This document shows, piece after piece, positions 1 through 7,837 of a stretch of 24,401 bases of DNA. The notes below the pieces were generated by a model that worked only from the letters and a program-made list of their open reading frames with translations, ran no database searches and was not told the origin of the DNA. The position numbers and the translations under genes are program-made. How positions within the stretch are numbered: position 1 is the stretch's first letter; each line of letters begins with the position of its first letter. This stretch comes from a virus (Duplodnaviria > Caudoviricetes). Location of the stretch: IMG/VR virus record IMGVR_UViG_3300032218_002933, positions 1 through 24,401 of that record; one strand, written 5' to 3'.

Positions 1-365
1 ACATGATTTGGATCTTTTTGAACTTTAATACTATCAATATCAATATTCATTTTGACTTGAGTTTCACCATCATCTGGACAGATGATATTAACTTCAACAC
101 TGTCTCAAACTGATTTTGCTCTTACGTTTAAGAAAATATATTCAATATCAAAAGTAGAAAGATCAGCAATCTTAATTCCTTTTGTAAGAATACATTCGGT
201 TAAAATCTGAACGATAGCATTAGTTATTTGCTTCATATCTTCAGATTCTAAAGCCATGATAAGAATTTTTTCTTCTTTTACAAGAAAAGGTCTGTACTTT
301 ATTTTCTTTCCTGTTGAAGGAATCTCCAACTCATATGTTGGAGTACTAATTTTAGGTAAAGGCAT
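1..365 (-). CDS. gp26: T4 gp26-like baseplate hub subunit; 3' part runs off the window; in-frame TGA at 105-107
   Basis: MPLPKISTPTYELEIPSTGKKIKYRPFLVKEEK...FDIEYIFLNVRAKSV is typical of cyanophage gp26. The frame continues past the TGA as DSVEVNIICPDDGETQVKMNIDIDSIKVQKDPNH, the conserved continuation. ATG at 365 is preferred over 380. Confidence 0.85.
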
Positions 366-392
366 AATCCTCGAATACAATTCAGGTTGAAT

Positions 393-399
393 TATTTAT
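393..399 (-). promoter_or_regulatory. T4-type late promoter (ATAAATA) for gp26
   Basis: Minus-strand ATAAATA about 28 nt upstream of the gp26 ATG. Confidence 0.6.
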
Positions 400-407
400 T
401 ACCTATT

Positions 408-1154
408 TTAAGCAATAGGATTATTTCCGATTGCTAAATCAACTCCAACATATCCTGATGTAGTTGCAGCATTTGGATTTTCTCCAAAAGTAACTTCAAC
501 TGTGGCATTTTCTCTTCTCATAATATACCTATCATAATTCATCGTAACAGTTACTTTCATTATCTCAGCATCTCCGTATGCAACTGGAATTGAAGTTACT
601 GATTTTGGAAAAGCATTAACTAATTGAAAAGAAATATTTGTTGCATATGCAGTTGCAAAATCTCTTTCAAATTTTTTAATATAAATTCCATCAGTTTTAT
701 AATCATCTGGATAATTAAATCTTCTATAATAACCAGGAGTCGGTGAACCTGCAGTTTGTTGTGCTAATGCACTTCCTCCAGAAATAAAATCCATCCATGC
801 TTCAAAAAATCCTAAAACTTTATATTGTCTGTCAATATAAAAAGTAAAATCAATATCTGTGTTTATTCTGGTATGAGCAAACTCTTGAGAAACTCCCATA
901 TAATTATCCTTAACTTCTGCAGTTGCATATGATGAAGTTGGAAGAGAAGCATCAGAGCACAAAAGTCCTAAATTAGTTTTAAAATCTGTATTAAAATCAA
1001 TTGACCCATATTGAGTTCCCGCCTTTAAAAAATTTTTAAATTTGTCTTTGGGTGGAAGAATAGTAACTTGAAATAAGTTTGACCTTGCCAAATTTAAAAA
1101 TGTTGGCAACGTAGTCATATTGACTGTGCCAACTGGTGGTATTGGAACTCCCAT
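408..1154 (-). CDS. gp54: Baseplate tail-tube initiator / tail-tube-fold protein (T4 gp54-like)
   Basis: ARSNLFQV, LLCSDASLP, DIDFTFYID, FFEAWMDFI, QLVNAFPKSV and VTVTMNY are tail-tube/gp54-type motifs; lies between gp26 and gp4. Confidence 0.7.
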   Translation of the reverse strand: MGVPIPPVGTVNMTTLPTFLNLARSNLFQVTILPPKDKFKNFLKAGTQYGSIDFNTDFKTNLGLLCSDASLPTSSYATAEVKDNYMGVSQEFAHTRINTDIDFTFYIDRQYKVLGFFEAWMDFISGGSALAQQTAGSPTPGYYRRFNYPDDYKTDGIYIKKFERDFATAYATNISFQLVNAFPKSVTSIPVAYGDAEIMKVTVTMNYDRYIMRRENATVEVTFGENPNAATTSGYVGVDLAIGNNPIA

Positions 1155-1195
1155 CTAAATATCTACAAGATACTATGTTATGAATTATTTAGATG
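1152..1195. promoter_or_regulatory. Pair of crossing late promoters: CTAAATA on + at 1155-1161 and on - at 1186-1192
   Basis: CATCTAAATA (1152-1161) and TATTTAGATG (1186-1195) form a perfect 10-bp inverted repeat that contains both start codons. Confidence 0.7.
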
Positions 1196-1627
1196 TCATA
1201 TAAGGGAAAATATAAACCATCACATCCACAAAAATACAAAGGAGATCCAACTAATATCATATACAGATCTCTTTGGGAAAGAAAATTTATGGTTTATTGT
1301 GACAATAATGACAGAATTTTGGAATGGGGATCTGAAGAAATTGCTCTACCTTACCGTTCTCCTGTAGACAATAGAATTCATAGATATTTTCCAGATTTTT
1401 ATATCAAAGTAAAAGAATCAAATGGACAAATTGAAAAATATTTAATTGAAATTAAACCATTAAAACAACTATCTCCTCCACAAAAACCAAAACGACAAAC
1501 AAAACAATACCTTTATGAAGCATATGAGTATGCAAAAAATCAAGCAAAGTGGAAAGCAGCAAAAGAATTTTGTGAAGATCGCCAATGGCAATTTAAAGTT
1601 ATTACAGAAAAAGAATTAGACATCTAA
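1193..1627 (+). CDS. gp4: Head completion nuclease (T4 gp4-like, TnsA/PD-(D/E)XK fold)
   Basis: YKGDPTNIIYRSLWERKFMVYCD, WGSEE, HRYFPDF, LIEIKP, NQAKW motifs. Confidence 0.92.
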   Translation: MSYKGKYKPSHPQKYKGDPTNIIYRSLWERKFMVYCDNNDRILEWGSEEIALPYRSPVDNRIHRYFPDFYIKVKESNGQIEKYLIEIKPLKQLSPPQKPKRQTKQYLYEAYEYAKNQAKWKAAKEFCEDRQWQFKVITEKELDI

Positions 1628-1628
1628 A

Positions 1629-2033
1629 ATGCCAAGAAAAACTTTAAAACAAAGAAATCAAGAAAATACTGATACTGATAGTAATGTTAATCGTCTTCGA
1701 AAAATAACAGATAACTTAATTGGAACTGAAGACGCAGATGATCTAATGCTTGAAATAATATCCGTTTTAAAAGAAAGTGGAAAAACTCCTAGTGCAGGAA
1801 AATACTATGTTTTTGTATATAATCCAAAGACTCCAAATATTGAATATGATCAAAATCCCCTAGTGGCAGTTACTGATGTTTTTTCTTGGGGATTTAGAGG
1901 AATTAATTTTCATTGGGGAAAAGTTCGCCAATATACTTGGGACGAAATTGCTGGAGGAATTTATGAAGTCTATTCTTCAGAACTAAAAGATTTAAAAACT
2001 ATTCCATTTGGTAAATTTCGTCTAAATAGTTAA
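1629..2033 (+). CDS. gp2: Short T4 gp2-like DNA end protector protein
   Basis: GKYYVFVYNPKT..YDQNPLV...GFRGINFHW resembles the gp2 core; adjacent to gp4. Confidence 0.6.
   Translation: MPRKTLKQRNQENTDTDSNVNRLRKITDNLIGTEDADDLMLEIISVLKESGKTPSAGKYYVFVYNPKTPNIEYDQNPLVAVTDVFSWGFRGINFHWGKVRQYTWDEIAGGIYEVYSSELKDLKTIPFGKFRLNS
2022..2028 (+). promoter_or_regulatory. Late promoter CTAAATA for gp48-gp53
   Basis: CTAAATA ends 14 nt before the ATG at 2043. Confidence 0.65.
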
Positions 2034-2042
2034 AAAACTAAT

Positions 2043-2921
2043 ATGGCCATAGAAGGCATAAGATATCCAGTAGATTTACAAATTGAAAAAGATACTGATT
2101 ATTTTAAAATACAAGTGCTTGATTATACAAGAAACCCTGATAAGGGTTTGATTAATAATGTAACAACTACTGAACTAGCAGCAAAATCGAATATTCTTTT
2201 GCCTATGCCTTCTAACATACAGGATGCCAATACTGTGAGTTGGGGTGATGAAAAGATGAATAGTATAACAGCAAATGTTCTCGGTGCTGCTTCAGATATT
2301 ATGGGAAAAATTGATTATAGTAAACCAGAAAAAGCGGTTGCATCATTTGGAATGGTTTGGGAAAACATTAAAGATACTATTAAACCAGATGTTGCAATAG
2401 ATTTATTTACAAAACAATTAGCATCAGAAGCAGTTAATGTTTTCGGAGCAAACGTAAGTGTTGATCAAATATTAGCACGTCAAAATGGAACAATTTTCAA
2501 TCCGAATTTAGAATTGCTATTTAATGGAGTAACTCTTCGTGATTTTAGATTTTCTTTTAAGATGACTCCAAGAAGTGATAAAGAAAGAAGTAACGTTATA
2601 AAAATTATAAGAACATTTAAAAAATATATGGCAGCAAAAAAAGATGGAGATAATAAAAATCTTTATTTGAGTGCTCCACATGTTTTTAAGTTATCTTATA
2701 TGAAAGGTGCTAAGGCACATCCATTTTTACATAAATTTAAAGATTGTGCATTAAAATCAGTATCTGTAAATTATACTGGTGAAAATGTATATGCAACATA
2801 TTGGGATGGTACTCCAATATCAGTAATTATAGATTTAAATTTCCAAGAATTAACGCCAATTTATCAAGAAGAATACATAGAACCATTAAAAGCAACTGAC
2901 AACTACGGAGTAGGATACTAG
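2043..2921 (+). CDS. gp48: Baseplate tail-tube cap (T4 gp48-like)
   Basis: ILLPMPSNIQD, IFNPNLELLFNGVTLRDFRFSFKMTPRS, CALKSVSVNYT, LNFQELTPIY. Confidence 0.88.
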   Translation: MAIEGIRYPVDLQIEKDTDYFKIQVLDYTRNPDKGLINNVTTTELAAKSNILLPMPSNIQDANTVSWGDEKMNSITANVLGAASDIMGKIDYSKPEKAVASFGMVWENIKDTIKPDVAIDLFTKQLASEAVNVFGANVSVDQILARQNGTIFNPNLELLFNGVTLRDFRFSFKMTPRSDKERSNVIKIIRTFKKYMAAKKDGDNKNLYLSAPHVFKLSYMKGAKAHPFLHKFKDCALKSVSVNYTGENVYATYWDGTPISVIIDLNFQELTPIYQEEYIEPLKATDNYGVGY

Positions 2922-2922
2922 T

Positions 2923-3627
2923 ATGGGATACTTCAGAGAACTACCAAACATAGAATACCAATCACCATTAATTGATAGAAACTCTTCTTTAGATTATGTT
3001 GAAGCTAAAAATCTTTTTCGAAGAGTCAAAGTAAGAGCAGACTTTGAAAATGTTTATACTGCATTTAATCATTATACAATTCAAGAAGATACTAGACCAG
3101 ATCAAGTTGCAGATGAATTATATGGATCGCCAGATTTAGATTGGGTTGTCTTAATTGCTGCAGGTATAACCAACATTAGAAATAATTGGCCTTTATCTAA
3201 TAGACAACTTTCAGATTATGCATTAGATATTTACGGAACGGAAATAAATTCTGTAAAATTCTATGAAACAAAAGAAATTAAAGATTCAAAAGGAAGATTA
3301 CTTGTTCCATCTGGAAAAGTAGTGGATAAAAATTATAAATTACCAAAACCTGAAGTAGATGATTTACCAACAAAATCTTATGTAAAATATTATGATGAAT
3401 CTACAAATTCTTATCAAACAATTTATGACATAACTGTTCCAGTAACAAATCTTGAGTATGAGACAAGAAAAAATGATTCAAAAAGAGAAATTATAGTATT
3501 AAAAAAAGGATATTTAGAAATGTTCTTAAACGATATGAGAAATGAAATGAAATATAAACCACTAGCATCTCAGTATGTTAATGATTATTTGAAGAGAGGA
3601 GAAAATTTAAGAATCACTTCCCCATAA
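2923..3627 (+). CDS. gp53: Baseplate wedge subunit (T4 gp53-like, LysM-like)
   Basis: YFRELPNIEY, KNLFRR, RPDQVADELYGSPDLDWVVL, NLEYETRKNDSKREI; follows gp48. Confidence 0.88.
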   Translation: MGYFRELPNIEYQSPLIDRNSSLDYVEAKNLFRRVKVRADFENVYTAFNHYTIQEDTRPDQVADELYGSPDLDWVVLIAAGITNIRNNWPLSNRQLSDYALDIYGTEINSVKFYETKEIKDSKGRLLVPSGKVVDKNYKLPKPEVDDLPTKSYVKYYDESTNSYQTIYDITVPVTNLEYETRKNDSKREIIVLKKGYLEMFLNDMRNEMKYKPLASQYVNDYLKRGENLRITSP

Positions 3628-4206
3628 GAGTTTTAGATTCTTATCAAACATCATTACATATCGGTGCTTGCGGGAGCGTTCTTTCCATTCTCCTGCAGCA
3701 CCTTTAATTTTGCCTCTAGAGTGTTTAGTTCCGTCTGCAAAGTAGAAATCTTTCTTTGAGTCTGTAAGTCCACAATATTTAAAGTTACAAGCGCGATAGA
3801 TTGTACCATGATGGAAATCACTATCAGCGTAAGAGATGATTGCTTTAACTTCAGTATCCTTCCGTAACTGTCTAATCGATCTTGAAACAAACCAAGAAGT
3901 GATATTATGCTCGTCAGATTGGGTGTCTGGGTGAATGCAGAGGCGCGAAAGTTCAAAAAGTCCTTGTTGTTCATTTCGTTCTAATCCAAAAGCACCCTTA
4001 GCAATTTCAGGAACAGGTAGTCCAGTAAAAACACAAACTCCCTGAATACCACCAATATTCAAAAAACTAAAATCATTCTTTTTAAAAAGACCGTAGTTAT
4101 ATCCAGATTTAAATCCCTTTGAAATATCTTTCAGATAATGGTATTCTAGTATTAATTCTTCTGCCTGTTTTTTAGAAATCCTATCAATATAAAAATCAGA
4201 TTTCAT
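3607..4206 (-). CDS. Mom-like (phage Mu Mom family) GNAT-fold DNA-modification enzyme
   Basis: N-terminal HYL, GVCVF, ELSRLC, N..SWFVSRSIRQL, AIISYAD, HHGTIYRACNFKYCG and terminal KHRY follow the Mom-family pattern. Confidence 0.75.
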   Translation of the reverse strand: MKSDFYIDRISKKQAEELILEYHYLKDISKGFKSGYNYGLFKKNDFSFLNIGGIQGVCVFTGLPVPEIAKGAFGLERNEQQGLFELSRLCIHPDTQSDEHNITSWFVSRSIRQLRKDTEVKAIISYADSDFHHGTIYRACNFKYCGLTDSKKDFYFADGTKHSRGKIKGAAGEWKERSRKHRYVMMFDKNLKLLWGSDS

Positions 4207-4234
4207 AAAAAGGGGGGAATCCCAAATCCCCCCT
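4207..4234 (-). terminator. Rho-independent terminator after gp32, directly abutting the Mom-like ATG
   Basis: Minus strand AGGGGGGATTTGGGATTCCCCCCTTTTT followed immediately by ATG: a G6/C6 stem plus U-tract. Confidence 0.75.
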
Positions 4235-4263
4235 AGTATAGCACAGGATCAATCTTCTGCCAA
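4235..4263 (-). promoter_or_regulatory. Sigma70-type (early/middle) promoter for the Mom-like gene
   Basis: TTGGCA (4263-4258), 17-nt spacer, TATACT (4240-4235), with an extended -10 TG. Confidence 0.6.
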
Positions 4264-5172
4264 GCGGGCAAAGTATGAGAGTGCATCATCATCTTCATCT
4301 TCCGCAGGCGCAGGAGCAGATCGTGTGGGTTTCAGATTGCTGAGTTCAGAACGAAGATCTTCATCAAGTTCTTTAGCAGGACCACGACTGTATTCTTCTT
4401 CATCAGCAACTTCAGAATCTTGATGGCGAGCACCTTTAGTACCAAGCACATATTCAAGACGCTTCTTCAGTTCATCATAAGATTTGAACTGATCAGCAGC
4501 AACGAGTTCTGCAAGAGAATATTGCTTCTTCCAGATTGATTCCATCGCATCATCATCGTCCAGCAGAGCACTTTGTGCGGCAAACTCTGAAGAATCATAG
4601 TTGCGATAACCAGCAACGTTCTTTGCCTTCAGTTTGAAGTTAGCACCTTGCCAGAAGTCAAACGGATCGATTGCTTGCTCATCCTCAAACTCTGGTTGCA
4701 TCGCAGCAGTCAGTTTATCAAAGATTTTCTTACCGTACTTATACAGGAAGACCTTACCTTCGTTCTGAGGATTTGCAGGATCTTTGACCACATAGATGTT
4801 GCTTACATAAGTCAGTTTGCGTTTCTGCTTACGGGCAATCTCTTTACCAGCATCGGTGCCGTTATTCCACAGTTCAGAATTCAGTTCCGACACAGGATCT
4901 TTTTGCCCCAGAGTTGTCAGAGAATTCTCAATATACCAACCACCAGGACCTTGGAATGCATGACTGTAGAGTTTAACGAACGGAAGGTCCTCACCGTTCG
5001 GAGCAGGAAGGAAACGGATAACGGCATAACCGTTGCCGCTTTTATCTACATCCAGTTTCCACAAGCGATCATCACTAGAACCGCTAGAAGTATTCATTTT
5101 TTCAACTTCCTTGACCAGTTTTGCAGTCAGGGAACCAAGTTTAGATTGTTTCTTAAGATCTGAAAAAGACAT
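4249..5172 (-). CDS. gp32: Single-stranded DNA-binding protein (T4 gp32)
   Basis: DDRLWKLDVDKSGNGYAVIRFLPAP, HAFQGPGGWYIENSLTT, DPFDFWQGANFKLK, and acidic tail DDDALSYFARLAED. Confidence 0.97.
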   Translation of the reverse strand: MSFSDLKKQSKLGSLTAKLVKEVEKMNTSSGSSDDRLWKLDVDKSGNGYAVIRFLPAPNGEDLPFVKLYSHAFQGPGGWYIENSLTTLGQKDPVSELNSELWNNGTDAGKEIARKQKRKLTYVSNIYVVKDPANPQNEGKVFLYKYGKKIFDKLTAAMQPEFEDEQAIDPFDFWQGANFKLKAKNVAGYRNYDSSEFAAQSALLDDDDAMESIWKKQYSLAELVAADQFKSYDELKKRLEYVLGTKGARHQDSEVADEEEYSRGPAKELDEDLRSELSNLKPTRSAPAPAEDEDDDALSYFARLAED

Positions 5173-5208
5173 TTGGATTTATTGGGTAAATTTGGATTTG
5201 TTGGATTT
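5173..5208 (-). repeat. AAATCCAA repeats in the gp32 5' leader (putative autogenous translational operator)
   Basis: ttggattt at 5173-5180, 5192-5199 and 5201-5208, plus variant ttgggtaa at 5182-5189; period about 9-10 nt. Confidence 0.6.
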
Positions 5209-5216
5209 ACTTAGAT

Positions 5217-5245
5217 AGTATAACAAAAATAATTTTACTTGTCAA
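5217..5245 (-). promoter_or_regulatory. Near-consensus sigma70-type promoter for gp32
   Basis: TTGACA (5245-5240), 17-nt spacer, TATACT (5222-5217), with an extended -10 TG. Confidence 0.85.
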
Positions 5246-5567
5246 CATGTTGTTTGAGAGATTCAATTGTTTTATCCATGCTGCTGAATAATAATGACAT
5301 ATCAGTTTCTGGTGGAAAACCCATCAGAGCAACTGACTTGCGAAGATTCTCTTTCATCTCAACTGCTTGTGGATCATCAGAAAGAGACAAACGTGTATAC
5401 ATTACACGTTGCTTTTCTAATAAAGATTGTAACTTCTCAATGTGTTCCAATTTTGTTTCACGGTCCATCGCACCAAAAGTGAGAATACTTCCGTAAATAT
5501 CTTCTTGTAACTTATTAATTTCTCTCAATTCTTCTTGAATAATATCAGAATCAAAAAATTTACTCAT
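5235..5567 (-). CDS. DUF1825 family protein (cyanobacteria/cyanophage)
   Basis: FFDSDIIQEEL...LLEKQRVMYTRLSLSDDPQA signature; conserved position upstream of gp32. Confidence 0.8.
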   Translation of the reverse strand: MSKFFDSDIIQEELREINKLQEDIYGSILTFGAMDRETKLEHIEKLQSLLEKQRVMYTRLSLSDDPQAVEMKENLRKSVALMGFPPETDMSLLFSSMDKTIESLKQHVDK

Positions 5568-6156
5568 TTATGATTTCCCGTAAAATCTTTTTAAATTGGA
5601 ACACATCAATATTTAGAAATGGATTATATTTCTTAATTTTTAAACTTACGGTTTCCCACACAGGATCTAAAAGTTTCTTATCAAACATCTTCCCGAACAG
5701 GAAGATTCTGTCATAAATGACTAGTGTTTCAAGGGTAATCTTCCCGCTCAAGAATTTTTTTAGAACTGGAGGATGCCCTTTGGAACAGTTCAAAGCATCG
5801 TCTAATTTTATTTCCGAGAACAATTCTTCCGATTGTTCTTTGAACAAGTAAGTCAAACTCTGCTGTCGTTTCATCCACTCCGCGTATGTTCTTTCGCCAG
5901 AATTGATAATTTCTCCAATCCATAAGTTTTGAGGATTATCTGTAGAAACAAAATTTGATACAAGAAAATCTACAATTTCTTTATCTGAATATTTTCTTGA
6001 AGATTTTTCAAACCAATACTTATCTTTACGTTTGTTGAAGGAAGTCAAAGTTGCTCTAGACTTCCCACCATATTTAAAGAAATCATATTTTGGATTTGTA
6101 AAATGATTTTTAAGTGACAAATAATGTTGATAAGTTTCAAAGGGTGTCACAATCAT
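5560..6156 (-). CDS. gp59: Helicase loader (T4 gp59-like)
   Basis: YLSLKNHFT..YDFFKYGGK, FNKRKDKYWFEK, GKITLETLVI, KIKKYNPFL. Confidence 0.85.
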   Translation of the reverse strand: MIVTPFETYQHYLSLKNHFTNPKYDFFKYGGKSRATLTSFNKRKDKYWFEKSSRKYSDKEIVDFLVSNFVSTDNPQNLWIGEIINSGERTYAEWMKRQQSLTYLFKEQSEELFSEIKLDDALNCSKGHPPVLKKFLSGKITLETLVIYDRIFLFGKMFDKKLLDPVWETVSLKIKKYNPFLNIDVFQFKKILREIINE

Positions 6157-6413
6157 AAAGGCAATCTTGCCCTAGAAGTTTTTTTCATGAAATTGAGGCG
6201 AGTTGCCTCCCATTTAAGTTTTTCTTTTAAAGGTTTAGAAATAATTTTAGTAATTGATTCTATTTCAACTTCATTCACTTCACAATAATAAATGATTGCA
6301 TCAATATAGTTAAAATTTTCTGTTGCTACTATTTTTTCAATCTCTAACGCAAATTTAGATGGCGTTAGAAATTTATTTTCAATAACCTTTTCTATTTCTT
6401 TATTTTGTTCCAT
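6153..6413 (-). CDS. gp33: Late promoter transcription coactivator (T4 gp33-like)
   Basis: FALEIEKIV..NYIDAIIYYCE..ISKPLKEKLKWEATRLNFMK..LPL. True start is likely MEQNK at 6413, not 6518. Confidence 0.88.
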   Translation of the reverse strand: MEQNKEIEKVIENKFLTPSKFALEIEKIVATENFNYIDAIIYYCEVNEVEIESITKIISKPLKEKLKWEATRLNFMKKTSRARLPL

Positions 6414-7086
6414 AGAGTTCCAACTTATCTCTAACAAATGTTCTAATATATTCGGAGAGCAATTTGATGTACTTTCCTTTGTCGTATTCTTCATAAACAA
6501 CACATTCTCCATTTTCACAAGCCATAATAATGACCAATTTCTTTACCATTATACCAGTAATTTCGTATAACATACAACCATATGCCATACATTGAACAAA
6601 ATAGTGTTCAATCCACCCGCGTGGTTTTGGTTTTTTAGAAGTCTTAAAATCTATAATTGCCAATTCGCCGTTATATTCGGCAATACAATCAACAGTTCCT
6701 GCAATACCTAATTGCTTACTATATAGGGAACCTTCAAGAGCATGAATATTATTTATATTCTTAAGAGTTGATTTGGAAATATTAAACAGAAACTCTGAGA
6801 TTGGAAGAATATCTGTAGGAAGATCCTGATTTTTTAGAAAATACTCTGTAAGAGTATGCATATCTGTACCACGACTGGTTGCTGCCTTTGTGATACGGTC
6901 TGCTTCCTCATCACCAACTTTCTTGCGCCACTTCACAAAAATTTCTTTATTGAAATGACTTGTAACAGAAGTAATTGAAACTAACTTGAGTAGTTCGTCT
7001 TCATCTGGAACTTTATAATACCGAATACCATCTATAGTCTCCCGTTCAAGTTGTGGAAGATTCAATTCAACATGATTAAAATTCAT
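6400..7086 (-). CDS. PD-(D/E)XK exonuclease (conserved cyanophage exonuclease)
   Basis: SITSV, RGTDMH, AGTVDCIAEY..IIDFKTSKKPK, YFVQCMAY. Confidence 0.88.
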   Translation of the reverse strand: MNFNHVELNLPQLERETIDGIRYYKVPDEDELLKLVSITSVTSHFNKEIFVKWRKKVGDEEADRITKAATSRGTDMHTLTEYFLKNQDLPTDILPISEFLFNISKSTLKNINNIHALEGSLYSKQLGIAGTVDCIAEYNGELAIIDFKTSKKPKPRGWIEHYFVQCMAYGCMLYEITGIMVKKLVIIMACENGECVVYEEYDKGKYIKLLSEYIRTFVRDKLELYGTK

Positions 7087-7837
7087 AACATTTTATAAAA
7101 AAGGGTTGCGTTAGTCTATCTTCAAAATCATTAACGTAAAAATGACTTGCAGTATGAAAATATGATGAATCGTATAAAACTATTCTATTATAAACATTTT
7201 CAACTTCAATCACTTTTTCAAATTTCGAATCAACAAATTGTTTATTTCTCAAAAAAAGATTCCAATATTTTCGTTTTGTAAGTGGATTATATAAATTTAC
7301 GTATTCATCAAATAATATTTCATAATCATAACCATCAAAAGAAGAATTAAATAATTTGTAGTTATTATTATCATTTATTTTTATATTTTTATTTTCTGTA
7401 CATTTCATTTTAAAAAAACTTGTTCCAGAATTAGAACGTGTTACTTTATTCAAATAAATTAAACCAGCAAATGTTTTTCTATTAGGATATTTAAGTCTAT
7501 ATTCAAGCGAATCAACATGTATATATCCAGTATTTAATATAGATTCTAAATTATGGTCAATAATTGGAATTTTATGAAATCCTGTTGAAATATCAAGACA
7601 ATCATCAAGATCAAAATGTAATATTTTTTTAGATAATTCTTCTAAAAAATATGAATAAAACTTTTCATCATTACAAACTTTTTTACACATTTCATTAGTT
7701 CTAATTCCTGGATACAAATTAGGTTTATCCATATTATAATTTACAGATAAAGCATAATTTCTTATATGATCTGGATCATCATAAAAATTATCCAAATACC
7801 ATATGTCATAATTAGAGACTTGAGTTAATTTTTGCAA
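7076..7837 (-). CDS. DUF6445-like 2OG-Fe(II) oxygenase
   Basis: DNFYDDPD, YPGIRT, HVD (HxD), AGLIYLN, SGTSFF, NVYNRIVLYDSSYFH (distal His), RLTQPFF (2OG-binding Arg). Confidence 0.72.
   Translation of the reverse strand: MQKLTQVSNYDIWYLDNFYDDPDHIRNYALSVNYNMDKPNLYPGIRTNEMCKKVCNDEKFYSYFLEELSKKILHFDLDDCLDISTGFHKIPIIDHNLESILNTGYIHVDSLEYRLKYPNRKTFAGLIYLNKVTRSNSGTSFFKMKCTENKNIKINDNNNYKLFNSSFDGYDYEILFDEYVNLYNPLTKRKYWNLFLRNKQFVDSKFEKVIEVENVYNRIVLYDSSYFHTASHFYVNDFEDRLTQPFFIKCYEF

Noticed and set aside
105-107. Genome-wide TGA=Gly recoding (code 25)
   Set aside because: TGA ends gp32, gp33, gp59, thyX-upstream ORFs and several GT genes at their expected C-termini
3654-3974. 106-aa alternative-frame ORF inside the Mom-like gene
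   Set aside because: Fully nested with no recognisable features; the main frame carries the conserved motifs. Not Com-like (no Cys zinc finger).
4648-5218. Plus-strand ORFs 4648-5163 and 5033-5218
   Set aside because: Antisense shadows of the codon-biased gp32; no motifs or RBS
6414-6518. N-terminal extensions in the ORF track (gp33; also 366-380, 10490-10504, 11095-11118, 20395-20406, 22343-22420)
   Set aside because: Most create overlaps with upstream genes; the downstream Met matches the conserved start or gives coupling
6400-7086. Cas4 / CRISPR system
   Set aside because: A core-type phage PD-(D/E)XK exonuclease without the Cas4 Fe-S cysteine pattern; no repeat-spacer array or other cas genes in the window
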